Source: Octopus sinensis (lineage: Eukaryota). Taken from it: 64,000 bases of DNA. The stretch spans positions 1-64,000 of the forward strand of contig NW_021833031.1 in the NCBI RefSeq assembly GCF_006345805.1, written 5' to 3'. A program made the position numbers and the translations under genes. This document shows positions 25,734-38,869 of the stretch, in pieces. Under the pieces are notes generated by a model that worked only from the letters and a program-made list of their open reading frames with translations, made no database searches and was not told the origin of the DNA. Every line of letters begins with the position of its first letter. Within the stretch, counting starts at the first letter, position 1.

Positions 25734-25796
25734 CAGTGGTTCCCAAACTGTGGTCCGCAGACCCCTGAGGGGTCCGTGAATTAAATTCAAAGTTTC

Positions 25797-25832
<36 letters not shown>

Positions 25833-25927
25833 GCACACACATAAGGATAGGCGTATTAAAAAGGGCCCGTGAGAAAATTTATTTAGATAACAGGGGTCCT
25901 TGGTAGTGAAAAGTTTGGGAACCACTT
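25734..25927. mobile_element. hAT (Charlie-type) MITE
   Basis: TIRs CAGTGGTTCCCAAAC / GTTTGGGAACCACTT (terminal base mutated); 8-bp TSD ctatagaa / ctctagaa fits the NTCTAGAN target preference. Confidence 0.88.
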
Positions 25928-26082
25928 CTCTAGAACAATCCCCACTTAAATTGATGGCGCCAAAACCTGTAGCTATTAGTAATCTACTGTTTGAAACTTA
26001 AAATATGAAATTTAGATGAAAAAAATGAAGGATAAAGCACCTTTCGAGTCATACAGATTTTTAGGGCCGGTTTCCCGGATTC

Positions 26083-26137
<55 letters not shown>

Positions 26138-26281
26138 GAGTGTATTTTTACCTTGTTAACAATTAACACGGAAAACATAAATAAATAGTTACCAGGGCAG
26201 CAAAAATCTCACAAGTAAAGGTGTTGTAACTCCTTGTTTATAAAGGTAGAAACTTCGTGTTTACGTTGAATATTTTGAATA

Positions 26282-26440
26282 ATATGAATAAAAAAATGGA
26301 GTTAACGCAGGTGTAATCAAATATTTTTACTTTCGACACAGTCTAATTGTAAATTCAATAATGTAGATAAGATTTCTCGTCGTAAAATTAGACTGTGTCG
26401 AAAATATTTGATTACACCTGCGTTAACTCCATTTTTTTTA

Positions 26441-26447
<7 letters not shown>
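26282..26447. repeat. ~165-bp fold-back palindrome
   Basis: ~62-bp arms atatgaataaaaaaatggagttaacgcaggtgtaatcaaatatttt..tcgacacagtctaatt / aattagactgtgtcgaaaatatttgattacacctgcgttaactccatttttttattcatat with ~37-nt spacer. Confidence 0.9.
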
Positions 26448-26472
<25 letters not shown>

Positions 26473-26509
26473 CTAATTTAAGTGAGTCATTCAATATGTG
26501 ACCGTGAGT

Positions 26510-26706
26510 GTATCGTTGGCGATTTTCTTTCTCCATCTTCCCTTCCTTGGACCTTCTCTTTTTCTATATTTCTGACGAAGAGCTCCGCTCGAAACGTTAA
26601 ATCATCCTTCTTTCTTTCCTTTCCTGAGCGTCCAATAACACTATACTTGTTCTACGTCCTCGCGTTGTTGTGGTTTCTCTTTGTGTTTTCATGTTTGGAT
26701 TAACTT

Positions 26707-26710
<4 letters not shown>
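26510..26710 (+). mobile_element. Penelope-like tail repeat carrying a hammerhead core
   Basis: Pyrimidine-rich tail between two (TA)n tracts, containing the motif at 26568-26602. Confidence 0.65.
26568..26602 (+). ncRNA. Minimal type-I hammerhead ribozyme motif, core intact
   Basis: attt-CTGACGA-A-GAGC-tcc-GCTC-GAAAC-GTT-aaat: stem I attt/aaat, stem II GAGC/GCTC, palindromic AACGTT stem III, GUU triplet. Confidence 0.75.
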
Positions 26711-26765
<55 letters not shown>

Positions 26766-26789
26766 TCTCTCTTTATATGAGATGCTAAT

Positions 26790-26930
26790 CCGTCGCAGAG
26801 ATACTACTTTCTACCAGCTGGGTGAACTGGTGCAACGTGAAACGATGTATTTTGCTCAAAAATACAACCCAGGCCAGGAACCGAAATCTTAGAATCATGA
26901 GTCCAACCCCTTAACTACCGAGTCATGCCC
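26790..26930 (-). mobile_element. OK-like SINE, 5' part
   Basis: ctggtgcaacgtgaaacgatgtattttgctcaaaaatacaac..ccttaactac (reverse complement of head and CORE block). Confidence 0.6.
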
Positions 26931-29059
26931 CTAAACTAATTTAGGTTGAAGGTCTTAATATAGATCACTTTAAAAGGGAAGCATGTATCATCGCTATGGG
27001 TGGGGTTGGTATCCAAAGGTTTATTCAGCCGGAAAATTGTTCAGAATTATGATTCTCAGACACACATTTTAATACATCAGTTAAGAATTCTATAAAACTG
27101 GGACCTGTAGTCATCATCGTAACCTCATATATTCGTCACCAATTCTGTGTTCTACAACACATTAGTCTCTCTACAGCCATCATGTTTCTCGTTTCATTGC
27201 ACGTTTTTAGTAGATGAAACGTGTGTAAAGTACATTTGGGGGTCTATTTAATGCTAACACAATTATTTATGAGCGAACACGAAATTATCGAGTTATAAGC
27301 CAGGATGATGTATCGTAAAGACTTACTTCAGCTGGAGGCCATTGCTTTATCATATAAGATATTTTCAAGTATAATTGACATTTAAGCTCCACATATGGAG
27401 ATGATAAAGTGAAGGAAGGACAAAGAAGAGGAGAAATGTTGGGGAGGAAGAGAGGAAAAACGGAGAGTGTTTTCAAGTAAAAGACACATGTTGAGCAAGG
27501 AAAGAGACGAGAGAGAGAGAGAGAGGAGGGAGCGAAAGAAGGAAAAAAGAGAAGAGAGAAAGAGAGCAGGAGAGGAGGAGGAGGAGGAAGAAGGAACAAG
27601 AAAATTCGGATTGACTCTTTCAATGACATTTTGAATTCGTTCGAAATATTATCTGAGTATGAAAATAACCCTTTGGGGTTGGAATTAAAGAAACTCCAAT
27701 ACTTACTTCATTGGAACTTTATTTTATGGAGTACGAATGGAAGCAATGTTAAGAGACACTGCCAGGAATTTTGTTCGACGCCCTAATGATTTTAAGAATC
27801 CAACGATTTACGAATCCAACGATTTTAAGAATCCAACGCCATTAAAATCATGTTGAAATTCTGGTGACAACGAAGTAAGACTAAATACAAAAATACCAAC
27901 AATACATTATTAAAAGGCGGGAATTTTACACACATACACACATGTATATTCACACAACACACACATACAGCCCCCCCCCCACTCACGCACGTTACTCGAT
28001 TACGAAAGATACTCGATTCCGAAGTTTTGATGGGGCCGATATAAACAGGTTTGTAAATTCGTTTCTCATTTGTGAAATGAAGTTTCATTCTAAAGGGGTT
28101 AGAGTAGGTCCGTACAGCGATGATAGACGCATAGTTTCGGAGATAGTAAACGGGGATCACAGCCAGTAAAAGAAAGGTATAATTACGGGGATTCTGCGAA
28201 TTAGGTTTAAGGGTGACGGTCGAAGCGATCTTCACAAAGGCAAAGTTGTTGGAATCAAAAACACATGGAAAAGAATTTGTTGCGAGAGTTGGGGGTAAAA
28301 AGCTTACACCTACGACAACGAAGACGACCACATTAGTCGTTTTATCACTTTCAAAAGCACATGGAATGTGTGGTGGGATATGTGCTTGCGGTCGTGAATC
28401 TTCGGTCGTTCACGTTGCTCCATATTTTGCTGAAATGCTGTGCGGTGGCAATCAAGGCTTCCATCTATCATCAATGGTTAAATACGATCCACGACTGAAA
28501 TATCCAATGCATTCTCCCTTATTTTTAACAGTACAGTGTAATTGAAGAGAGATTTAGCTGTTTCTTTAAGTGGATGAATGATGGTGTAGGGTATCCGTCT
28601 TTAGCTTCACAAGTTTCATTATATTAGCGTCAATGTTTACACCTTGTTTCTCATTTCAGCATTTTCAGTGAATGATTGCAGCTCCTTAAAGTTGGAATAT
28701 TGAATAAATATATTTTTCTGCAGCATTCTATTCTTAATTGGTTCCTATTAGTTGCCCGTTTGTGTACCTGAGAGACTGGATTTTGGTAATTCCCGACGCT
28801 ACTTTACTTGACGCCATCAGATAAGTGCTTATAAAATGACTTCAGTGCCAAAATGAAGCAAGTAAGAAGATAAATGAGAAACGTGGTCCTTGAAGAAAGC
28901 TGGTCTCTTTGCACAGAAGAAAGCTTTGTACATAGGCTTCATTTTCACAGGAGAAAATGAACAAATATTAACAACATTTCTGATTAATTTATCATTCGAA
29001 AGATACAATGAGTGCAATAAGTGTGCACAACACCTACTGAGTGTGCAATGGAGATGTAT

Positions 29060-30107
29060 AAACAGATATCTTTTATTTGTTACTTGCTTCAGTCCTTAGA
29101 CTGCGGCCATGCTGGTGTAACGCCTTGAAGAATTTTAGTCGAACGAATTGGTCCAGATACATATTATTTTCTTGTATTGTAAAGTCTGGTACTCATTCTA
29201 TCGGGCTTTTTTTGTCGAAGCGCTAGGTTATGGGGACGTAAGCACACCAACAATGTTTGTCGAGCGATGGTGGAAGACAAACACGTACACAAAGAAACAC
29301 ACACACACTCACACACTCACACACATCATCATCATCATCATTGTTCGACCGTGGTCGAGACAATGGAATTTACCATGTTACGCCAGACTTCACAGTCCAT
29401 CATGGCATTACGGAGGTCCTGTTGCTGGATGCCTGTATCCCTGGAGTTTACATCAGGCTAGGAGAGTGTGCACCCTCTGGTATTGCGAGTAGATGGCTTC
29501 CAGAGGAGGAGAGTAGAAATTACCTCTTTTTCAGCTCTACAACAATGTCCAGCAAACTGGACTCTCCTACCTTTCACAAGAGATGACACAGGTGGTAGTT
29601 TCCCATATATTTGCATTTTGGTTGGATGGCGCTTCCACGAAAGATTTTGAACTCTCATAAGGAGGCGAGTGTAGGTTCCATCCAACCGCCTCTCAAGCTT
29701 CTTTGATAATGTCCAGGTTTCTGAGCCATATAGTAGAATTGGTTCGACTGTGGCTTTGAAGATTTCAAGTTTGAAGTCTCTACTTAGATTTGATGACCAG
29801 ATCTTATGCATGTCATTACAGGCTGACCAGGCCATACCCTTTCCATGTGTGGGTGTGTGTGTGTGTGTGTGTGTGTGAGTTACAATTACATCACATACAC
29901 ACTCACACACACACACTCACACACACACTCACACACACATATACAAGATTTTTTTTCAGTTTTCGTCCATCAAATCCACTCACAAGGTTTTGGTCAACCT
30001 TAGGCTAGAGTAGAAGATACTTACTCAAGGTGCCATGCAGTGGAACTGAACCGGGAGCCATACAGTTGGAAACTAAATTTCTTACCACACAGCCACGCCT
30101 GCTCCTG
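29060..30107 (-). mobile_element. CORE-type SINE interrupted in its internal (CA)n tract by an RTE fragment
   Basis: 3' half at 29060-29300 and 5' half at 29935-30107 (ttaccacacagccacgcctgc) both match the 43037/57086 family in reverse. Confidence 0.75.
29324..29845 (-). mobile_element. RTE-clade LINE, 5'-truncated 3' end
   Basis: KLEIFKATVEPILLYGSETWTLSKKLERRLDGTYTRLLMRVQNLSWK..RRVQFAGHC.R; frameshifted C-terminus ..VWRNMVNSIVSTTVEQ*, (TGA)n tail. Confidence 0.9.
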
Positions 30108-30123
30108 TTTCAATATTAAATTC

Positions 30124-32028
30124 GGTTAATATAGGGCGTAACAAATATCAGAAAATCAAAAAAAAAATGTGTGTAATAGGTGTAAAACAACTTCCTATGA
30201 ACGAATATGAAAAAAAAAATTCGCGCACGCGAAAGGGGGGTGGGGGAGAGGCCTCGAAAATTCACATCGGGAAGTTCCGAAAGCGCTGAGGAGCTGACCC
30301 GGGCACCAAAACAAAAAAAAAATATAGTGTAATATGTAAAACAACTTGCTCTAAACGAATATGACACAAAAAAAATGCGCTCTCGCGAAAGAGGGGTGGG
30401 GGAGAGGCCTCGGAATATTTATATCGGGAATTTCCGAAAGCGTCTGAACCGGGCACAAAAACAAAAACAAAAACAGCGTAATAGGTGTAAAACAACTTGC
30501 TCTAAACGACTATCATGAAAAAAATGCGCGCTCGCGAAAGGGGGGTGGGGGAGAGGCTTCGGAAATTTCACATCTTCAGTCCACGGCCTTTAAACTAAGA
30601 AAAAATAGTGTAATTGGTGTAAAACTACTTGTTCTAAACGAGTATCAAGAACACACACTCACACATGAATCATAAACTCCGTATTTCGCAAAAAAAAATA
30701 ATAAAGAGAAGAAATGTTGGATCTCCGCCATGTGAATCAAAATACGTGTCAGAAACATCTTGAAATACTACAGAAATTATGTTACGAAAATGATAATGTA
30801 TACATACCTCTTTGAGTGGTCCATCGATAATGATGATAAAGAAATGAGTTGGATTTGAACTCAGAATATTGACTAACACAACTACATACTACAAGACTCA
30901 AAATATTCAGCCAAGTCACCACCCTTTAACTAGCAATAATAATAACATCAATAACATAACAGCCAAAAGATTTATTTGTTCTGAAAATAACAATCATAGT
31001 AAATAAATATGTTCTTTAATATTCACATTCATGTGCACAGTTAAACACACTTACGTACAAACAGTCACGCATGCATAATACAAAACGGAACACATAAATG
31101 AAGGATGCATTACTTAGTATATATTACATCTAGAGAATTTTGATTAATAAGTCAAATATGCAAATTATGAAGATAATTAATTGCTTTACTAAACAGTGTT
31201 GTAAAGGTGAAAAAATAAATTTGGGAAAAAAATACACGCCAAAACTAATTAATAAAGGATAATTAGGGAAGGATTGACACAAAATAATAATTTTTTCTGT
31301 CTCTTTTTTTCTGATAAATGCATCTTAATAAGTGAGAAGAATTGCATATATCTGAACTATTTCAAAGAAAAGCATAAATTTAATGTTTAAAATAGCTTTA
31401 ACCAAGGAATGAGATCCAACATTTCTTCACATTTTCAGAATTTCTTCTCTTTATTTATTTTTTTTGCGAAATACGGAGTTTATGATTCATGTGTGAGTGG
31501 TGTTCTTGATACTCGTTAGAACAGTAGTTTTACACCAATTACACTATTTTTTCTTAGTTTAAAGGCCGTGGACTGAAGATGTGAAATTTCCGAAGCCTCT
31601 CCCCCACCCCCCTTTCGCGAGCGCGCATTTTTTTCATGATAGTCGTTTAGAGCAAGTTGTTTTACACCTATTACGCTGTTTTTGTTTTTGTTTTTGTGCC
31701 CGGTTCAGACGCTTTCGGAAATTCCCGATATAAATATTCCGAGGCCTCTCCCCCACCCCTCTTTCGCGAGAGCGCATTTTTTTTGTCATATTCGTTTAGA
31801 GCAAGTTGTTTTACACATATTACACTATTTTTTTTTTGTTTTGGTGCCCGGGTCAGCTCCTCAGACGCTTTCGGAACTTCCCGATGTGAATTTTCCGAGG
31901 CCTCTCCCCCACCCCCCTTTCGCGTGCGCGAATTTTTTTTTCATATTCGTTCATAGGAAGTTGTTTTACACCTATTACACACATTTTTTTTTTTGATTTT
32001 CTGATATTTGTTACGCCCTATATTAACC
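30124..32028. mobile_element. Young non-autonomous foldback DNA transposon, ~590-bp modular TIRs, 8-bp TSD (Merlin-like by termini)
   Basis: TIR ends GGTTAATATAGGGCGTAAC / GTTACGCCCTATATTAACC; perfect TSD TTAAATTC at 30116-30123 and 32029-32036; each arm has ~3.3 copies of a 130-155-bp repeat; ~730-bp AT-rich non-coding core. Confidence 0.9.
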
Positions 32029-32604
32029 TTAAATTCTAACTTTTTGAATAACGCCATAAATTCTTGAAGTAAAACACTTCTTCAATATTTCCTCTCTCGA
32101 AATATATTCTGGAATGTTCTTCACATAACTTTTATTCCAAAAGTCAACACTGGTTTTCAGATATTCAAGTCGTAGATCAAGTGTGCATCCAGAGTGCCAA
32201 ACCTGGAATAAACCTCTTCTAATTTATAAATGTAATAAATTTAATGAATGTTACCCCGAAAGAATGCAATATAATTGGAACTCAGCATAATATTTAGCTA
32301 CATCATGAATGGTGAGGCCAAGGCATTGGACTGAAAGAATCGGTAGAGCGTCAGAAGCAACAACTGATCCACGAATTGGCAGAGTAGCAGCCAAGATGAT
32401 GGATCAACTGATTTGGTGCCAGGAAAAAAAAATCCTTCGATTTTTAGTCACGCCACTTTATGCCCTGAGATCAAATCAAGGCTAGGACAAATGAATACCA
32501 GAAATATACTGGGGATCAATTAAACTAATTATATTCACCCCAACTCCCAACTACAGTTGAAGAATTCTTAGAAATAAATGTAAGGCTTCGAGTGGCAGTG
32601 GCAG

Positions 32605-33010
32605 TGTGGTAAGAAGTTTGTTTCCCAACCACATGGTTCAGGGTTCAGTCCCATTGCCTAGTACTTTCAGCAAATGTCTTCTACTATAGCATCGAGCCAA
32701 ATCCTTGTGAGTGGATTTAGTAGACGGAAACTGAAAGAAGCCCGTCGTATATATATATAATATATATATCTATATATATATATATATATATAATATATAT
32801 TTGTATATATTTATGTATATATTATATGTATGTATGTGTGTATATATATATATATGTGTGTGTGTGTATGTGTGTGTGTGTGTGTGTATGTGTGTGTCTT
32901 TGTTTCTGTATTTGTCCCCACCACCATTTGACAGCCGTTGTTGGTGTGTTTACGTCTTCGTAATTTAGCAGGTCCGCAGAAAGTGACCGATAAAATAAGT
33001 ATCAGTTTTA
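32605..33010 (+). mobile_element. CORE-type SINE with internal (TA)n/(TG)n
   Basis: gtggcagtgtggtaagaagtttg..ttcagtcccat..gtggatttagtagacggaaactgaaagaagcccgtcg, microsatellite, tttgtccccaccacc. Confidence 0.8.
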
Positions 33011-33394
33011 AGTACGTTAATCTGTCCTTTTATCGTCTACGCGCCTTTGTGTTGTCCACCATCTTGTAAAGAGAATTTAGTTGACAGCTCCATATGTTGC
33101 TGTCACTCTCTCCAATTAAACCCCTTTCTATGAAAAAAAAAGGCGGAGGTGGATGCATATTGGATTGCACGGTCGCCCGATCCCCTAGAGAATAACGCCA
33201 TTTTAACCATTAGTACGTTCATTTAAGTTCGGGCTGTGTTTGAAGTCCAATTAAAACCAGGTAATTACAAAATCAAAATTTAAGACAAAGACCAAACATA
33301 TTAAGGCTCAGCACGAGTGTTAGAGTTTACCTTGTCCCACGCCATTAACCAGATTAATATTTATTTTATTGATATGTACATTGGTATGGTGAAA

Positions 33395-33760
33395 GAGCAT
33401 GACTCAGTGGTTAGAGCGTCGGGCTCACCATCCTGAGGTAGTGAGTTCGATTCGTGGACCAGGCTGTGTGTTGTGTTCTTGAGCAAGACACTTTATTTCA
33501 CATTGCTCCAGTTCACTCACCCCATACCTTCCCCTTGAATAAAATCAGTGGCGTAGAGAGGGAAGACTGGTATGCATGGGTGCCCATTGGTCTTCCATAA
33601 ACAACCTGGCCCGGACTTGTACATCAGAGGGTTACTTTCTAGGTGTAAATCCCATGGTCATTCATGACCAAAGGAGGGGAGGTCTTTATTGTTTACACTT
33701 ACACAGATGTGGCCATGTACGCAAGACATTTACTTCGCAAGAATTCGATCCCAGGTTCGA
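33395..33760 (+). mobile_element. OK-like SINE
   Basis: tgactcagtggttagagcg, gagttcgattc, gtgttcttgagcaagacactttatttcacattgctccagttcact. Confidence 0.7.
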
Positions 33761-35159
33761 CTCCACTATGCGGAATCTCGGGTCAGTATTTATTTTTTAC
33801 AGCTTCATGACACTCCAATACTTGTTAGTAAAACTGGGAAGACAGACACGGCGTGGAAGACTGGACTCTAGCCGTGATGCAAATGCTCGGTCTTGTCACC
33901 TGTCATCAGGCTGATTATACCTGAGATTTACGTTAACGATGAATATTCACATGTCTTCGTCGAAAACGACGGAGACCCATTTCATTGCATTGTTATCGAT
34001 CCTATAGTGAATTTAATAAATGCAAAGTCGATTTCGCAAGAATTTGAATGCAGAACATAAATGGGTGTAACCAATTACTGCGAGGCATTTAATCTGGCAG
34101 CGCCGATTCTAAGCAATGTACCATTCTAAACGATGCTAATACCAATAACTTTGAGAAGCGTTGAAGTATGTGAGCTGCATCTAAATTAATTACATCTTAA
34201 ATTCTTCGTATTTACAGCAAAAGCCAGAAGTAGCCGTTGCATTATTAGAAATTCTGACCGGATCAAAGGTAAGTGTGCTATTAAAGGTGTTTAATTAATA
34301 TAATTAAAGAAACCTTATCGCTGATTAATATGCCTCTAATTGATTATAAAAGATGCCAAATATTTTCCTTCAAATTCTTTCTTAGAATTAGCAGAGATAT
34401 TTGTCAAGGGAGTTATATTATACATCAACCGTCTCATAACTGCTTATTGTGGTTGCCATTGTTTAACCCCAAGCCAGTCTTGATCGAGAAGACACACAAT
34501 CAAAGAAATTCCAGCCGTGACATTTCTGTTGGTAATTTAAGAGGTCAAGTTTGGCATTATTTAACCAGAGACTTTAACATAACATTATGAAGGTGGAATG
34601 TATTTTCAAGTATGTATGGCTACTATTTCTAGTGCATTGATCTCTCAGAACGACGCACTACTTGGATGTGGCATCACAAATTCTTCAAAAGCAGACAACG
34701 GTGGAATGAAACAGTCCAATCATATACATGGAGTAGTCTGTGTTATTTTTAGTGTGATAGCAAAGAAGTGGTTTAGTAGAATCGTTAAAGCATAGGATAA
34801 GATTCTTTGCGGCATATTGTGTCTGGATTTCAATTCTCATACATGTTGCTTCTGTTTCTTTCACCATACTGGGATTGTTACAATTAAATACTATTCACTT
34901 CGTAGGTCGATATAAACAAGCGTTCCTTTCAACTCTTTAGGGCTCTGTTCCTGTTTTAGAAATGGTGGTACATTGTTATATTGAACAATGTGGGCATGAA
35001 CAGAAATACCTGTCTTTTGTAGGAAGAACCTTTACGATGAAACTGTTAGTAGTTGACAATTCCCTTAGACTTTTTAAATACCATCACATTACGTTATTAA
35101 CGCTGACTACCGTGTCTTCTCTGTATTCTACCAGTAATCTCACACGTTAATAAACGTCT

Positions 35160-35702
35160 CTATCTTTTATCCTTTATCTTTCGCTGGTTACAGTCATTGG
35201 ACTGCAGCCATGTTGGGGCAGCACCTTGAAGGGTTTCAGTCAAACAAATCGACCACAGAAGGTATTTTCTAAGCCTGGTGCTTATTCTATCGCTCTCTTT
35301 TGCGCAGCAGCTAATTTACGTGGACATAAACAAACCAACACCGGTTGTCAAGAGGTAGTAGGGAGCAGCACATAAAAACAGACACACACACACACAGACA
35401 TACAAACATACACAAAAGCAAACGCACACTCTCTCACACACATATATACACATATATATTTATATGACGGGATTATTTCAGTTTCCGTAAAAAATACACT
35501 CACAAGGCTTTGGCTAGCCCGGGACTATAGTCGAAGACACTCGCCCCAAGTGCCATGCCATGGAACGGAACCTAGAACCATGTGGTTGGGAAGCAAACTT
35601 GTCCCCCCACCATCGCTTGCAACCGATGTTAAGTTGCCGCTCAGTGGGGCTGAACCCAAGACTGTATAGTTGGGAAGCAAGCCTCTTGCCACACAGCCAC
35701 GT
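35160..35702 (-). mobile_element. CORE-type SINE plus adjacent head fragment
   Basis: Reverse complement of family consensus: cagtcattggactgcagccatg..cttattctatcg..aaacaccggttgtcaag..ttcagtttccgt..gaaccatgtggttgggaagc. Confidence 0.75.
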
Positions 35703-35814
35703 CTAGGGAACTTGAATGCCTAACGCATAGACGGGATGGTCATGAACTTTAAAATTTGGAACGCCATTGATCATACTTCTCTGCTTAGTATCAACGCTTA
35801 CCATGGACTAAAAT

Positions 35815-35829
35815 CACTACCACCACCAT

Positions 35830-35863
<34 letters not shown>

Positions 35864-35969
35864 GCTACTACTGCTGCTGCTGCTGCTGCCACTACTACTA
35901 CTACTACTACTGCTGCTACTACTACTACTACTACTACTAATAATAATAATAATACTGTTACTGCTGCTG

Positions 35970-36016
<47 letters not shown>

Positions 36017-36125
36017 GCTACTACTAATACTACTGCTACTACTGCTACTACTACTACTTCTACTGCTACTACTGCTACTACTAACACTACTAATACTATT
36101 GCTGCTACTGCTGCTACTGCTGCTG

Positions 36126-36166
<41 letters not shown>

Positions 36167-36324
36167 GCTGCTGTTACTGCTGCTACTACTACTATTGCTA
36201 CTACTCCTAATGCTGCTACTACTACTACTATTGCTGCTGCTGTTACTACTACAACTACTACTGTTGCTGCTGTTGCTACCCCCACCACAACCACAACCAC
36301 CACCACCACCACCACTACTACTAC

Positions 36325-36365
<41 letters not shown>
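35815..36365. repeat. (CTA)n/(CTG)n compound microsatellite
   Basis: Direct reading; source of poly-L/V ORFs. Confidence 0.95.
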
Positions 36366-37439
36366 GACTTGCAACACTAACGGCTACAGCAGCTACTTGA
36401 ATACTTGAACTTTCTTAAGAGTTCACTTGTTTCGGAATCATTCCACCGATGAGACTCCAAACATTGTTAATAAACAATGAAGGTAAACAGATAATTAATA
36501 ATTTTAAAATAATTAAAAAGTCATGCCGTCCTAGAATAACCATCTGTAGAGCCGACATACAAACGGGGACTAGAATTCAAAATAAAAATGAAAAAAAAAA
36601 AGATAGAAACTATAACACAAAAAACAACCCTAAAAACACATAATTAGTTTTCTAAAGTAAAAAACAATAAAAAACCTTAAGTGCAAAGACAACATAATTT
36701 TAAAATTTATTGTTTCACGTTTTCGGCCATTTTGTTTTTTATTATAGAAAAAAAAAATTTAATATTTTCTTTCATTTGAAATATTTTCTTTCATGCTTTC
36801 GTTTCCGTTACGTTTTTACCTGTATTTTTTACATCCTTATCTTTACTTTTTTTATTTTTGGTTTTGCTCCTCGTCTCATGTTGTTGTTGTTGTTGTTCGC
36901 ATTGTAATTCACAATTTATATGCTCTTGTTGCTATTTATTATCATACATTGTCGTGTGTTGTTGTTGTCGTTGTTGTTGTTATTGTTTTTTTCATTATTA
37001 TTTCTGTAGTTCGGAAATATGATAATTTAAGCTAATATTTGCTATGTCTGTTCTATGTTGCACGCAGCAAACACCATTTTCAAGGATGAAAGAATCGCCA
37101 ATACCATAGGAAACCATTAATTGATTCTAGCTGTCTTGTCCTACCCTTCCTTCCATCCTTCCTTCCTTCCTTCCTTCCTTTATTCTCTTTTTTTTTCCCA
37201 TTCTTTCTTTCGATTATTTGCCTGTTTTTCTTCTTTTTTATTTCTAATCTTCATCCTTTCTTGCTTTTTTTTTTTTCTTCTGAATTTATCGAAAACTGTT
37301 TTCTCTCATTGGTACTCGACCGCGCATTTGTGGATCAGCCCTGTTGCTCGCGCGGGCGTGTGAGTGATTGAGGGAGCAGGGGACAGAGAAAGAGTGTGAT
37401 TGGATAGATGTTTCATCAGTCATAAACTTGAGAAGATGA

Positions 37440-38150
37440 AGAAAAAAGACAAACTGGTTTCTCCCGGAATTTGAATTCAGAACCTGTCTATAAACGTTGA
37501 TTTCTTTTATATCCACAAACCGAAACATGTCCAGGAAGTGGGGCGAGTGGAATACAATCGATTTAAGAGACCCCAGAAAGAAAGAAAAAAAACAAAACAA
37601 ATTCCCTCTCGGTCCGGATTTGAACTCAAAACGTAATTTAAATATTAATTTCTAACATTGACGCAGAGCAACACATTTTAATATGGTAGTGAGGGGGGGA
37701 TGTAATTGATTATATCGAACGATGTAGTTACTTAATACTTTCTTTTCCTCTTAATTCAATTCAATTTTAATTTTATTGATTCCGGAAGAACGAAAAGCAA
37801 AGCTGGGTAACTTTGATAGAATTTGAACGCAGGACATAAAAAGAGAGAGAGCTAAATATTGATTTCAAAGTTTGGCGCAAGACCAGCTATTTCGGGGCAG
37901 AGTAGGTCAAATGTATTGACCCCAGTGCTTAACTGATACATATTTTGTCGGCCCCAAATAGGTGAAAGGCTAAGTCGACACTGAGGGTATTTGAACTCAG
38001 AAATACCACCGGAGTTGACTTTGCAGTTCATCCTCTCGAAGTCGATGAAATAAATACGAGTTAAGTATTGGGGTGTGGTTGGGGGTTGGCGTCGTGTAAT
38101 CGACTAACGCTCTCTCCAAATTTCAGGCCTTATATGTATATGAGGAAGAA
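37440..38150. mobile_element. Cluster of decayed Meta-domain SINE fragments, both orientations
   Basis: Repeated gaatttgaa(c/t)tcagaa motifs, gaccccagtgcttaactg, and gtaatcgactaac..aaatttcaggcctt. Confidence 0.55.
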
Positions 38151-38869
38151 TGTAAAAACCCCGGAAAAATTTAAATGCAAAGTTGCCCACATTGGGTTTG
38201 AACACGGAACTTAAATGAACGTATATAAATATTGTTATGTATTTTGTTCGTTATTTGTCCATTTTCTGCCGCAGAATTTCGTGTTGTAATAAAATCCGTC
38301 CATTTTGACTCGATCCGAAGACCCATTTGAAGAGAGTTAATGTGATGTTGAGACATATCCGAGATGTTTTTGTTTGTTTTCTTTTCCTTTCAAAGGATAT
38401 TAGCAACATAAATGTTGATGCGAAGTTGCTTTGTTGTGCGTGCTTCGCTGAGAACTGTGTTAAAGCGCAAAGATACATCAATATAGAGTCATATCATTGC
38501 TTAAAAAAAAAAGAAAACCAACAACATAGCTTATAGACTGTTGTTTTCTCTGATGTTCTATTGATTTTACAACAATATATATTAGTAAGCAGCGGATTCT
38601 TTCATCGTATTTACGATTTCGCTCTATGACATTGTGTCTCTAATACAGAGTTGGAACCAAGTCGTAAACACCTGCAATATCGAGTCGTAAATCTCTACAA
38701 AAAACCCGTTTCGGTATTTAATACGCTGCGCTCAACGGAAAGATATATTATTACGTTGCCCTTGTATAAGGATTACGAAAATGTCCGTAAGACAACGAAG
38801 GGGTCTTTAGGAAGGCAACGGAACTGCTAGAAACAGCAGCAAAATGGTCAGTAAATTATATACTCTTTA

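Noticed and set aside
30174-30650. CRISPR-like repeat array (also 2242-2870)
   Set aside because: Eukaryotic context; units are 130-185-bp tandem repeats without unique spacers
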